64,000 bases of DNA from a bacterium. Its GTDB lineage: Bacteria > Patescibacteriota > Patescibacteriia > HK-STAS-PATE-3. Shown here in pieces: positions 9,249-18,205 of this stretch. The translations under genes were made by a program, and so were the position numbers. The stretch covers positions 4,065 through 68,064 of the forward strand of contig JAZDMR010000015.1 in the NCBI GenBank assembly GCA_043800725.1, read 5' to 3'. The notes under the pieces are model-generated. The model worked only from the letters and a program-made list of their open reading frames with translations, was not told the DNA's origin and made no database searches. The first letter of the stretch is position 1. The number at the start of each line of letters is the position of its first letter.

Positions 9249-10925
9249 ATGTTTATAAAAAATAAAATTTATTGGCTGGTTGTCCTGTTTGTATTAATGG
9301 CTATGCCCTGGCCCGGCCAGGCGAAAACCTGGCACTTTGAACGCTGGGATGCCGAGTATCAAATCAATACCGACTCAACCGTCAACGCGCAAGAGACGAT
9401 ACAATACGTGTTTAATGGCGACTTTAGCCAGGTTTACCGAGAGCTGCCCAAAACCAAGGGCATTCTTTTTGATTCATTTGCGGTGACTGACCAGGCAGGC
9501 CAGGCAATTGATAAGGTAAATATTTCCCAGAACAGCACGAACGTCAGGATCGAAGCAAACTTTGACAAGACTCCGGCTGGCCAGATCACCCAAAAAACCA
9601 TTATTATTCATTATCGAATTTTAAACGGACTGGGTGATTTTGACGAGCACGATGAATTTTATTGGAATGTAGTTCCGCCGGATCGAGCGGTTTCAATTGA
9701 TTATGTTTCAGCCACAGTGAAGCTTGAAGAGAGCTATCAGCCTGACCAGCTGCGACAGAAAATATTTACAGGCGAGACGGGAAGCACCATGGAAAGCACT
9801 GAATATGAAGTTGTCAATGGGAGTACTCTGCAGTATGCCGGATCGGACATTGCGCCGGGCGAAAATTTCACCATTGTCGCTGGCTGGCCCAAGGGGTCAA
9901 TCACTTTTCAGACCTTTGAAGAAGTGCATACGCTTTGGGATAAAATTTTGGGCGTAGGTATGTGGATTTATTTTATCAGTCCTTTAATCGTGGGCGTCTG
10001 GTTGTATAAGAGGTGGCGGATTGGCGGCCGTGATCCCCAGGGCAGAAAAACCATCGTCGCCCAGTATGATCCTCCGGATGGCGCGGCTCCGGCGATAGTC
10101 GGCACTTTGATAGACGAACGAGTGGATATGCGCGATATTACCGCAACGATTATAGATTTAGCCGTACGAGGTTTTATTCAAATAGAAGAAGACAAACAAA
10201 CCGGCTTTTTGAAAAAAACTGAATATACTTTTATTAAGCTAGAAAATCCCCAAAAATTCATATCCTTGAATAACTATGAAAGCCAGCTCCTGAAAGACTT
10301 GTTTGGATCGAAAACGCAAGTGTCCTTGAGCCAGCTGAAAAATAAGTTTCATACCAAAATAAACAACATTAAGGATGAAATCTACAAGAAAACAGTAGAG
10401 TATGACTATTTCCAAGGCAATCCGGAAAAAGTCCGGCAAAAGTATATGATAGTCGGTTTAATTTTTATTTTTGCGGGTTTCCTATTATTATTTGTTCCTT
10501 CAGTCTGGGGAGTGCTCTTGATAATCTTTGGCAGGGTGATGCCCAGGAAGACTGCAAAAGGTGTCCTAGCCAAGGAGTGGGCGAATGGGTTCAAGCTTTA
10601 CTTGCATACTGCCGAGAGGTTTCGGGTCGCCGCTATGACTCCGGAAACGTTTGAACGTTTTTTGCCCTATGCCATGATTTTTCAAGTGGAAAAACAATGG
10701 GCCAATCGTTTTGTCGATATATATAAAGAGCCGCCCGAATGGTTTAGGACCAATGATCCAATGGGGGCGTTTTCTTCAGTCATGTTCGCCAGCCATTTGT
10801 CCAGCGTAATGACCAGCACGGTTAGCCAGACCTTGGCCAGCTCGCCATCATCAAGCTCAGGATTTTCCGGCGGCGGAGGATTTTCCGGAGGAGGAGGCGG
10901 AGGCGGAGGCGCTGGAGCGAGCTAG
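9249..10925 (+). CDS. DUF2207-family membrane protein (signal peptide, extracytoplasmic domain, TM segments, C-terminal Gly-rich tail)
   Basis: Signal-like N-terminus, internal TM helices (GVGMWIYFISPLIVGVWLY; IVGLIFIFAGFLLLFVPSVWGVLLIIF) and a terminal GGGGFSGGGGGGGGAGAS tail typical of DUF2207 proteins. Confidence 0.5.
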   Translation: MFIKNKIYWLVVLFVLMAMPWPGQAKTWHFERWDAEYQINTDSTVNAQETIQYVFNGDFSQVYRELPKTKGILFDSFAVTDQAGQAIDKVNISQNSTNVRIEANFDKTPAGQITQKTIIIHYRILNGLGDFDEHDEFYWNVVPPDRAVSIDYVSATVKLEESYQPDQLRQKIFTGETGSTMESTEYEVVNGSTLQYAGSDIAPGENFTIVAGWPKGSITFQTFEEVHTLWDKILGVGMWIYFISPLIVGVWLYKRWRIGGRDPQGRKTIVAQYDPPDGAAPAIVGTLIDERVDMRDITATIIDLAVRGFIQIEEDKQTGFLKKTEYTFIKLENPQKFISLNNYESQLLKDLFGSKTQVSLSQLKNKFHTKINNIKDEIYKKTVEYDYFQGNPEKVRQKYMIVGLIFIFAGFLLLFVPSVWGVLLIIFGRVMPRKTAKGVLAKEWANGFKLYLHTAERFRVAAMTPETFERFLPYAMIFQVEKQWANRFVDIYKEPPEWFRTNDPMGAFSSVMFASHLSSVMTSTVSQTLASSPSSSSGFSGGGGFSGGGGGGGGAGAS

Positions 10926-11054
10926 ACAATTATTAAATATTGATTTAAAGACTCGAGTATTTACATTCGAGATTTTGATTAATCTTTTAAAATGCTATAA
11001 GGTGCATAGGGATAAATAACAGAGCTCTTTTCATGGAGAGGAGGGAACATATCA

Positions 11055-11390
11055 ATGGATCAGGTTCATTTGATAGTTCGGATTGCTTTCTTGCTTTATC
11101 TGGTTGTCGGATTTATAGTCTGTCTCTTTTTTTCTGTTAGGAAGCTTATTCAGCCAGAAACGTGGTATGATGCCGGTCGTTCTATAAAAAAGCACGGCTG
11201 CCGTATTCTTATGGGGCTTGGCATTTATGTGTTGGTATTGGGAGCGTCATACCTTCTATCCCCAATACTTTTCGATTCTTTGATGATTGTCTCAATAGCG
11301 TTGATTGGTCTCGGTCTGGGATTAATCATAATTCTATTGTTGGTGCTTTGGTTACTTTGGCCACTGACAATAAAGCTTTATCGCGATTAA
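11055..11390 (+). CDS. Small polytopic membrane protein, hypothetical
   Basis: 111 aa, almost entirely hydrophobic helices. The RBS GGAGAGGAGGG sits 8 nt upstream. Confidence 0.35.
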   Translation: MDQVHLIVRIAFLLYLVVGFIVCLFFSVRKLIQPETWYDAGRSIKKHGCRILMGLGIYVLVLGASYLLSPILFDSLMIVSIALIGLGLGLIIILLLVLWLLWPLTIKLYRD

Positions 11391-11419
11391 TTGATGGACC
11401 ATAAAATCCTTTTAAACCG

Positions 11420-11454
11420 ACCCGCTCTAAGAATAATGAGCGGGCCTTATCTTT
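11420..11454 (+). terminator. Rho-independent terminator (CCCGCTC-10nt-GAGCGGG + CCTTATCTTT)
   Basis: A perfect 7-bp stem followed by a T-rich tract, directly after the 11055..11390 stop. Confidence 0.55.
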
Positions 11455-11490
11455 GGAAAGTGCGGCTTTAAATCGTTGAAAGGGAATAAA

Positions 11491-11499
11491 TGGTATAAT
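11491..11499 (+). promoter_or_regulatory. Extended -10 promoter element TGGTATAAT upstream of the large secreted hydrolase gene
   Basis: An exact TGnTATAAT about 30 nt upstream of the 11515/11530 start. No good -35 is needed for an extended -10. Confidence 0.45.
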
Positions 11500-11514
11500 A
11501 CTAATTAACCAAAC

Positions 11515-14500
11515 TTGGAAATAGAGTTTATGCCAAAGCAAAAGCCACCAATTCACTGGTTCAGATCTCAACCGTTAAATAGCTGGTTTGGAGTGATTAT
11601 AATTATCTTTACGGTAGTTTTTGGCTGTTGGTATTTGTCAGACCAGAATGAAATTAAGCCTCAGGGCGAAGTAAAAGGAGTTTCATATCCGCCCGTTGAC
11701 ACCTATCAAGATCATTGCATCTATCGAGGAGATGTTCCTGATGGGGAGTTGTGCGGAGAATATCAAACCAAGAATCTGGTATCGGAAGATTCCAGTTTTG
11801 AATTCGGGGTAAACGGGACTTATGATTCGATCAGCGTTACTCAAAGGCTGCATTACGATTATTACAATCCGGGCAGCGGTGATATATTTTCGGCTGATCC
11901 GGCCCGCGGCCTGGTAATGACCGAGATTACTGATGAAGATTCGGTTGACGGGGATTACAGCTTAAAATTCGACAATCGCAATGCCGGCGGGGCTTCGATT
12001 GATCTTAATTATATTACTGCTCCGGAAACCGGCCGATATGTTTTTTCGGTTTGGGTAAAGGCCCTGGAAGTGGGAGGCAAAGTTGATGATAATGATTCTT
12101 GCAGTAATAGCGCGATTGGTCTGCGATTAAGAATCTACAATCATATTTGGGCGAACTATACGTCCGGCAACGACCAATTCAGCGTGGCTCCGGCCGACGG
12201 CTGGAAACGCATTTCCGTAGTTTCAACAGTAGATCCCATGATTCAGTCCGGGGAAATCTATCATCCGGAAATTCTGGTCAGCAGCACGGTTCAGCCCCAG
12301 TGCTGGGGCATGGGCGTGCTGCTGATGGACGCGATACAGTTTGAATATGCCGAGAATCAAAGTACCCCCGCGCCGACTGATTATGCATATCAAACCTCGC
12401 AGCAGGAGTTATTTGCCCATACTTCGACTGACGCAGCAGGCACCAACCCGAAAAACGGCAACTTTTACTGGCTGGACGATGAGGAAAATATTTACGCACA
12501 ACTGGAAATACTTGAGCAAGCCGCTTTGTCCAGCAATTCAATAATCAAGTGGCAGCTTTATGACAGCTCTGGAGATTATTTCAATACGGATACTGCCTTG
12601 GATCAGGGCGAGATTCTGATATCCCACTCGGCTTCAAATAGGCAAACCATTACCCAAGATTTAACCAGCATTATCGGATCAGCCGTCCCCGCAAAATCTA
12701 AAGGCTGGTTTACTCTGGCGTATGAATTATGGAATCCGGATGAATCAAAAATGCTTGATAAGGAATTTTTAGTCATGGCGATTGCCGAGAAGTCGCCTTA
12801 TCGAAACCAGGACCTGCCCGATTCGTTTTTTGCCAATCACGTTACTCTGGGATGGCTGGATATAAACAGTGCCTATGATCATCATTTTTTTTCTGCCAAC
12901 CGGCCGCTGAACGAGTATTTGGAAATAGCCAGGGATTTGGGCATTAAATGGTCCAGAGAGTTCAGCTTGATCAGCAAGGATAATATTGAAGATCAGGTGG
13001 ATGAAGATCCTTTTTTGGATGACTATGTTACAGCCGCGGATCAGCATCATATTAACTTAATGCCGGTCATCTCCGGTTCCGAAGGGCCTGAGGGTACTTG
13101 GCAGAGTTACGTAGCCACGGTGGCGGACCATTATGGCGATAACATAAACGTTTATGAAGTGCTTAATGAACCGTATACGCTGGACTATGACGAATATTAT
13201 GAATATTTATGGCGGGCCGAAGAAGCTGTCCGGGAAAATCAAGGCTTGGTCGAGAATCAAGTGTCCGGACCCAGCTGGGGTGACGACTGGCTGGATAATG
13301 TGCTGGGCTACAGCGATGGCATACATGGCACCGGCTATGAATTGTTTGATATTTTTGCGCCGCACTACTATAATCGATTTCAGTATGGGTTTCGACAGAT
13401 ACCCGAGGACGGTGTTGGTATCGGCCAGGCGGATATTGATGAAAGCATTAATACTTGGATGGAACAGCTTGACAGTCAGGCCCCGGGCGGAAGCAATACC
13501 AAGCCGAGCTGGAACTCAGAATTTGGAATTAATCAAACTCGAATTTACCCGGACACGGCCGCCGTCAACGGAGTGCCCGGCTGGGACGGGGATTCAGGCT
13601 GGCAGCGCTGGGATAACATGAGCGGCTCTATCCAGACGGCCAGGAAAATCACTTCTGACTTGATACGAGTGCATTTATATATAATGGCCAATGGGATTGC
13701 CAAAGGTTTTAATTTTGGACTTTTTAATACTTACGCGACAGTCGGTACCGGCTACAGCTATTTTGATTATGATAATACGCCGAACATTACAGCTCCGGCC
13801 TATGCGGAAATGACCAGTTTGCTGGAAAGCAGTAATTTTATTCGCCGAATCGAGACGCCCGAGCTGCGCACCAATGGCGTGCTGGACGACTATAGCCGAG
13901 CGTTTGTATTTGAAGCGCCTGACCTAAACAATCCTGGCGAAACTCGTCCCGTCGCTACGGTGTTTAACTTTGATCAGGAGTTTACTGGCGCGGCCCTGGA
14001 GGATATCCCGATTGATACCGGCAATGTTGATATTTTAGACATGGAAGGAAATCCCATCAGCGTGGCACCCGGATCAAGTTTTAGCGTGGATATTGATATG
14101 GCGCCAATCTATATAATTGGAAAAAATGATTTATCAGTAGAAGATTTAACCAGTGGCTTGGACCAGACCAGGCCATTGGCTCCTTTGCCCAGCTCCATAA
14201 CCGCCTTAAATGGTCTTGTTAAAATAATGTGGACTGAAACGCCGGACAATGATGTAGCCAGCTATAACATTTATCGTAGGGCTTACGGCAGCGGGGATGA
14301 CGACTTGGTAGACAATGTCGCCAGACAAGCTGAATCTGGTACGCTGACATACTATGACAATCCCGGCTCGGGTACTTGGCAGTACCGGATTGCCGCGGTA
14401 GAAGATGGCACCGGCTATGAGGCCAGCTCTGCTTGGCTGCCTGCTGATGGCGTTTATTTAAACTTGCCTCCTGATTTCCCGGCGATTCCAGATAAAGAAG

Positions 14501-15207
14501 TGGCCGAAGGTTCGTTATTGGAATTCACAGTCAGTGCCACTGATCCGGAAGACGACAGTTTAAATTTTAGCTTATCAAATGGACCAATCGGATCCAGCTT
14601 GACTGATCATGAAAATGGTACGGCTACTTTTCGCTGGACTCCGGATTATGACCAGGAGGGCAGCTATTCATTAATTTCTATTGTTGTTACAGATAGTTAT
14701 AATACGATTGGAAGGATTTTTAAGATTATAGTAACTAATACGAATAGAAGCCCAGTACTTCAGGGGAATAATAACCAGTCAATCCACGAAGGAGATGTTT
14801 TAAATCTAACAGTGTCAGGATTGGATGAAGATGGCGATAATACTCTGGCATTTGTGGCTGATAACTTGCCCATAGGCGCCAGCTTTATTGACCATGGCGA
14901 TCGGACGGCTACTCTTAGCTGGTCGCCGACCACCAGTCAAGCCGGTATTTACGACGATATTGCCATCACCGTAACAGACAATCACGCAGCGTCTGATTCA
15001 GATAATATTACTATTACCGTGCTGGATGGTTTGGCTGACTGCGCTCCTGTCTGGCAGTGTACTGGTTGGTCGACCTGTACAAACAGCTTGCAAGCCAGGT
15101 CTTGTACGGATCAAAATGCTTGCGGAACAGATGCTGATAAGCCGGAGGAGGCGCGGGCCTGTGATTCGACTTCGCCCAATGCAATTTCTGACTTGGAAAC
15201 GGAATAA
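11515..15207 (+). CDS. Large secreted multidomain glycoside hydrolase: CBM-like N-domain, GH5-like (clan GH-A) catalytic domain, FN3, two cadherin-like/Ig-like domains and a C-terminal 6-Cys W-rich module
   Basis: Signal anchor (WFGVIIIIFTVVFGCWYL). The GH5 acid/base motif VYEVLNEP and the nucleophile motif WNSEFGI are correctly spaced. An FN3-like segment (VKIMWTETPDNDVASYNIYRR) and two roughly 100-aa repeats (EGSLLEFTVSATDPEDDSLNFS / EGDVLNLTVSGLDEDGDNTLAF) follow. It ends with CAPVWQCTGWSTCTNSLQARSCTDQNACGTD...C. An alternative ATG start lies at 11530. Confidence 0.6.
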   Translation: MEIEFMPKQKPPIHWFRSQPLNSWFGVIIIIFTVVFGCWYLSDQNEIKPQGEVKGVSYPPVDTYQDHCIYRGDVPDGELCGEYQTKNLVSEDSSFEFGVNGTYDSISVTQRLHYDYYNPGSGDIFSADPARGLVMTEITDEDSVDGDYSLKFDNRNAGGASIDLNYITAPETGRYVFSVWVKALEVGGKVDDNDSCSNSAIGLRLRIYNHIWANYTSGNDQFSVAPADGWKRISVVSTVDPMIQSGEIYHPEILVSSTVQPQCWGMGVLLMDAIQFEYAENQSTPAPTDYAYQTSQQELFAHTSTDAAGTNPKNGNFYWLDDEENIYAQLEILEQAALSSNSIIKWQLYDSSGDYFNTDTALDQGEILISHSASNRQTITQDLTSIIGSAVPAKSKGWFTLAYELWNPDESKMLDKEFLVMAIAEKSPYRNQDLPDSFFANHVTLGWLDINSAYDHHFFSANRPLNEYLEIARDLGIKWSREFSLISKDNIEDQVDEDPFLDDYVTAADQHHINLMPVISGSEGPEGTWQSYVATVADHYGDNINVYEVLNEPYTLDYDEYYEYLWRAEEAVRENQGLVENQVSGPSWGDDWLDNVLGYSDGIHGTGYELFDIFAPHYYNRFQYGFRQIPEDGVGIGQADIDESINTWMEQLDSQAPGGSNTKPSWNSEFGINQTRIYPDTAAVNGVPGWDGDSGWQRWDNMSGSIQTARKITSDLIRVHLYIMANGIAKGFNFGLFNTYATVGTGYSYFDYDNTPNITAPAYAEMTSLLESSNFIRRIETPELRTNGVLDDYSRAFVFEAPDLNNPGETRPVATVFNFDQEFTGAALEDIPIDTGNVDILDMEGNPISVAPGSSFSVDIDMAPIYIIGKNDLSVEDLTSGLDQTRPLAPLPSSITALNGLVKIMWTETPDNDVASYNIYRRAYGSGDDDLVDNVARQAESGTLTYYDNPGSGTWQYRIAAVEDGTGYEASSAWLPADGVYLNLPPDFPAIPDKEVAEGSLLEFTVSATDPEDDSLNFSLSNGPIGSSLTDHENGTATFRWTPDYDQEGSYSLISIVVTDSYNTIGRIFKIIVTNTNRSPVLQGNNNQSIHEGDVLNLTVSGLDEDGDNTLAFVADNLPIGASFIDHGDRTATLSWSPTTSQAGIYDDIAITVTDNHAASDSDNITITVLDGLADCAPVWQCTGWSTCTNSLQARSCTDQNACGTDADKPEEARACDSTSPNAISDLETE

Positions 15208-15209
15208 AA

Positions 15210-16853
15210 ATGAACACTCAAGCAAAAAAATTAATAGTTGCCACCATCACTCGAACTGAGATCGTCTCAACTCGGGTAATTCCTTTTTCCATCGTGATAG
15301 GCTTTTCCTCAGTCGCGCTTACCCTGATGTTGAGCTTGGCGGCTAATATGCCCTTTATTAATAATGAATTAATTAGCGCTCAGTACGATGATTCGAATTC
15401 TATTAAACTGACCTGGACCGCACCAGGGGATGATGGACATATGGGCCAGGCTAGTGAATATGAAATTCGCTATGCTATCTCTGAAATTACAAATCAAAAC
15501 TGGAGCGAGGCAACAAGGCTTAGCAATCCCCCAGAACCCCGAATATCTGGCTCAGCTGAATCAGTCCGAGTATTCGACCTAGAGCCGGATACTGAATATT
15601 TTTTTGCTATCAAGTCAATGGACGAGGCTGGCAATATTTCTTATATTTCAAATGTTGCCCATAAAACAACGGCTTGTCTTGAGGACTGGTCTTGTGAAGA
15701 TTGGTCAGATTGCCTTGATGGCATTCATACCCGCATTTGCACAGATCAAAATAGCTGCGGCACGGATCAGAATATGCCTATCCAGCAAGAATATTGCGAT
15801 TTCGGTGGGCCCTCGCCTGATTGTGAAGAATCTTGGAGTTGTACTACCTGGTCAGAATGCCGGGACGAAGGGCAGTATCGATTTTGCATGGATGATAATG
15901 GCTGCGGAACTGATCAAGATCGTCCTGACGAGCTGCAGTCATGCGAAGTAGCAAATCAGCCAGAAAATATCGTGGTAGGCACTCATCCTGGCTATCCGCC
16001 GCATTTGCGAGTCATGAATAAAGACGGTGAAGTTCAGAATCAGTTTTACGCATATTCGCCTCAGTTTACCAATGGCGTCAACTTCACCCGCGGCGACGTG
16101 AATGGCGACGGTGAAAAGGAAATCATCACCGGCACCAATGGCCGATCCGCGCCCCATATTCGCGTATTGAAAGAGGATGGAACAGTCGTTTCCCAATTCT
16201 ATGCTTATCCGGCTCAATGGCGCATAGGAGTTCAAGTTGCCGTGGGCGATATCAACGCTGATGGCACGGATGAAATTATTGTCCTGCCGGCGGTGAAAAG
16301 CGCTGCCCATGTCAGAGTGTTTGATTTCCAGGGCAATCTCCAGGGTCAGTTCTACGTATTCCCGGCTCATTGGCGCTTGCTGTTAAACATTGACTCAGGG
16401 GATCTAAATGGAGATTTGCGCGATGATATTATTGTGGCCACTACCGAAGGCTACACGCCTCATGTGCGTATTTTTTCAGGCCAGGGCCAGCTGATCAGTC
16501 AGTTTTTTGCTTATGCTTTAAATTATCGCGGCGGTGTGGAAATCGCTGTGGGTGATACTAATGGTGATAATATTGATGAAATAGTTACCGGCGCGGGCCA
16601 GGGTTATCATCCGCATGTTAGAATTTTGACAAAAGACGGCGATGTGGTGGGCCAGTTTTACGCTTATGCTTTATCCTATCAAGGCGGGGTTACCTTAAGC
16701 ACGGCGGACGTGGATGGTGATGGCAAAGATGAGGTGGTGGTGGGAACCCGTCCAGGCGCATCAGCTCATGTTAGGATTTTCAAGAACACCGGCGATCTGG
16801 TATCACAATTTTTTGCTTACCCCGAGTATTGGCGCATTGGAGTGGAGTTATAG
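15210..16853 (+). CDS. Membrane-anchored protein: FN3 domain, two 6-Cys W-rich (TSP1-like) modules and a C-terminal six-blade FG-GAP/VCBS-like beta-propeller
   Basis: The TM segment (IPFSIVIGFSSVALTLMLSLAA) is followed by FN3 (IKLTWTAPGDDG...EYEIRYA). Two modules (CLEDWSCEDWSDC...RIC.DQNSCGTD...C) come next. Then there are six roughly 50-aa repeats of the form PH[VI]R[IV]F..G.L.SQF[FY]AY...YR.GV.VAVGD.NGDG.DEI[IV]. The gene starts 3 nt after the previous stop. Confidence 0.6.
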   Translation: MNTQAKKLIVATITRTEIVSTRVIPFSIVIGFSSVALTLMLSLAANMPFINNELISAQYDDSNSIKLTWTAPGDDGHMGQASEYEIRYAISEITNQNWSEATRLSNPPEPRISGSAESVRVFDLEPDTEYFFAIKSMDEAGNISYISNVAHKTTACLEDWSCEDWSDCLDGIHTRICTDQNSCGTDQNMPIQQEYCDFGGPSPDCEESWSCTTWSECRDEGQYRFCMDDNGCGTDQDRPDELQSCEVANQPENIVVGTHPGYPPHLRVMNKDGEVQNQFYAYSPQFTNGVNFTRGDVNGDGEKEIITGTNGRSAPHIRVLKEDGTVVSQFYAYPAQWRIGVQVAVGDINADGTDEIIVLPAVKSAAHVRVFDFQGNLQGQFYVFPAHWRLLLNIDSGDLNGDLRDDIIVATTEGYTPHVRIFSGQGQLISQFFAYALNYRGGVEIAVGDTNGDNIDEIVTGAGQGYHPHVRILTKDGDVVGQFYAYALSYQGGVTLSTADVDGDGKDEVVVGTRPGASAHVRIFKNTGDLVSQFFAYPEYWRIGVEL

Positions 16854-16922
16854 GAATTAGCTAATTTTGTTTGTCACCCTGCGCATCAAGTGCGGGGCAG
16901 GCGTCAAGAACCAAAGGTGATG

Positions 16923-17108
16923 GGGGAGACCCTTCCCCCGGATCGGGTCCGGGGTCAGGGATTCACATGCGTATTGCTGAGCTTGCGAAGCATCTCCACT
17001 TGCCCTGAGTGCCTGGGGAGACCCTTCCCCAGGATTCGAGTCCGGGGTCAGGGATGCAATCCGTGCTCCGAAGTGGGACGAAGCATCTCCCCGCGTCAGC
17101 TGTTTATA
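16923..17108. repeat. Two tandem copies of a roughly 93-bp GC-rich element, each carrying a conserved hairpin with compensatory loop variation
   Basis: Unit 1 (16923-17015) and unit 2 (17016-17108) share GGGGAGACCCTTCCCC[C/A]GGAT..G.GTCCGGGGTCAGGGAT and GAAGCATCTCC. The hairpin is CCCC-GGA-loop-TCC-GGGG. The region is about 60% GC within a much lower-GC neighbourhood, and the overlapping 75-aa ORF is probably not coding. Confidence 0.5.
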
Positions 17109-17757
17109 TTAGTATGAACCGCCCCCCAACCGTAACGCTGGAGATTTATTAAATTAATATACTCAACAGTTTACGCGGACGGAATATCTGGTTAAAAGAA
17201 AAAAGGCCCCGTCCTCGACGAAGCCTTACAGAGAATTTTTGAATTCTACTTGGAGGGATCTCAGATAGTGCCATGCTAATGATCGCGATCCTATATTTGC
17301 GATCATGACTCTATCGTATTGTTAGCCTCCTTGCTATGTGATGGTATTCTCCGTAAGGTCTGTCAAAGAAGACAGGGCCCCACTTCAAACGTGCTCTTTG
17401 AAAAGATATTTATGAGTTTAAATTATTTATTTTTAACTGTCAATTGCTGCTTTAATGGCCTTGGCTATTTACTGATAAATATTGATTTTGATAGGCTAAT
17501 ATTAGGTTATTTGGCCTGTCTGATTTTTCGTTAACTACGAGTTTCCGGATAGATTCCGACGAATATCAGGATAGCGCCACCTGTGATGATTTCAAAGGTT
17601 GACAATCCGACCAGGGAAAAAATAAGCTAGCGCAATTGCGGTAAAAGAAGTAATAATATTTTTCATTTATTGTTTATCACCTGTTCAGTATAATTAATTG
17701 TATGTTTTTGCATATTATTGCTATAGTGTAGGCGATTTAGAATTAATATTTTTACTT

Positions 17758-18201
17758 ATGCCAGAAAAAGCTAAAAGACTTACTCGATCAAAAAGCGACC
17801 GCATGGTAGCCGGAGTGGCCGGAGGCCTGGCTGAATATTTTAATATTGACCCAGTGATTTTTCGAGCCGCCTTTGTGCTGTTTGCTTTATTTGACGGAGC
17901 TGGAGTGCTGATTTATATAGTTATGTGGATTATTGTTCCCGAGACAGGCAAAGAAAGCGAAAAAAAGAATTTAGAAGAAAAGGTAAAAGAGGTAGGCAAA
18001 GAAGCGGAACAATTGGTTAATAAGCACGTGAATGAGAATAGCTCTTATCAGGCGCGCAATATTATCGGCATAATTATTATTATTATTGGGGCAATGGCTC
18101 TATTGCGGCAATTTTATCCCATGTCCTGGCTGGGATTTCACATGATTTGGCCGATAATAATTGTCGTATTTGGCTTTTTATTAATTATTAAAAAGGGTTA
18201 A
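17758..18201 (+). CDS. PspC-domain membrane protein (phage-shock protein C family)
   Basis: The N-terminus MPEKAKRLTRSKSDRMVAGVAGGLAEYFNIDPVIFRAAFVLFALF is a classic PspC domain, followed by TM helices. Start chosen at the internal ATG at 17758, since a PspC domain normally begins at the N-terminus. Confidence 0.65.
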   Translation: MPEKAKRLTRSKSDRMVAGVAGGLAEYFNIDPVIFRAAFVLFALFDGAGVLIYIVMWIIVPETGKESEKKNLEEKVKEVGKEAEQLVNKHVNENSSYQARNIIGIIIIIIGAMALLRQFYPMSWLGFHMIWPIIIVVFGFLLIIKKG

Positions 18202-18205
18202 ACAT

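Noticed and set aside
12147-13621. Multiple short ORFs on both strands inside the 1230-aa hydrolase gene (12147, 12278, 12341, 12769, 13154)
   Set aside because: They are nested in alternative frames of a long, domain-rich ORF with clear GH5 motifs. They are treated as spurious.
16923-17060. Possible CRISPR array or tRNA remnant, because of the roughly 40-bp direct repeats and a GGATTCGAGTCC T-loop-like string
   Set aside because: There are only two repeat copies, and they are contiguous tandem units rather than repeat-spacer-repeat. No cas genes are present. The T-loop-like string cannot be extended into a cloverleaf with acceptor, D and anticodon arms.
16890-17117. A 75-aa ORF across the GC-rich tandem repeat
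   Set aside because: Its Arg/Gly/Pro-rich translation mirrors the GC-rich repeat, there is no RBS, and the region is better explained as a structured repeat.
17319-17534. A 71-aa + ORF in the AT-rich leader upstream of the PspC gene
   Set aside because: There is no RBS and the translation is low-complexity. The region is more plausibly a regulatory leader. A 26-codon minus-strand peptide here was also considered, but it has only a weak SD.
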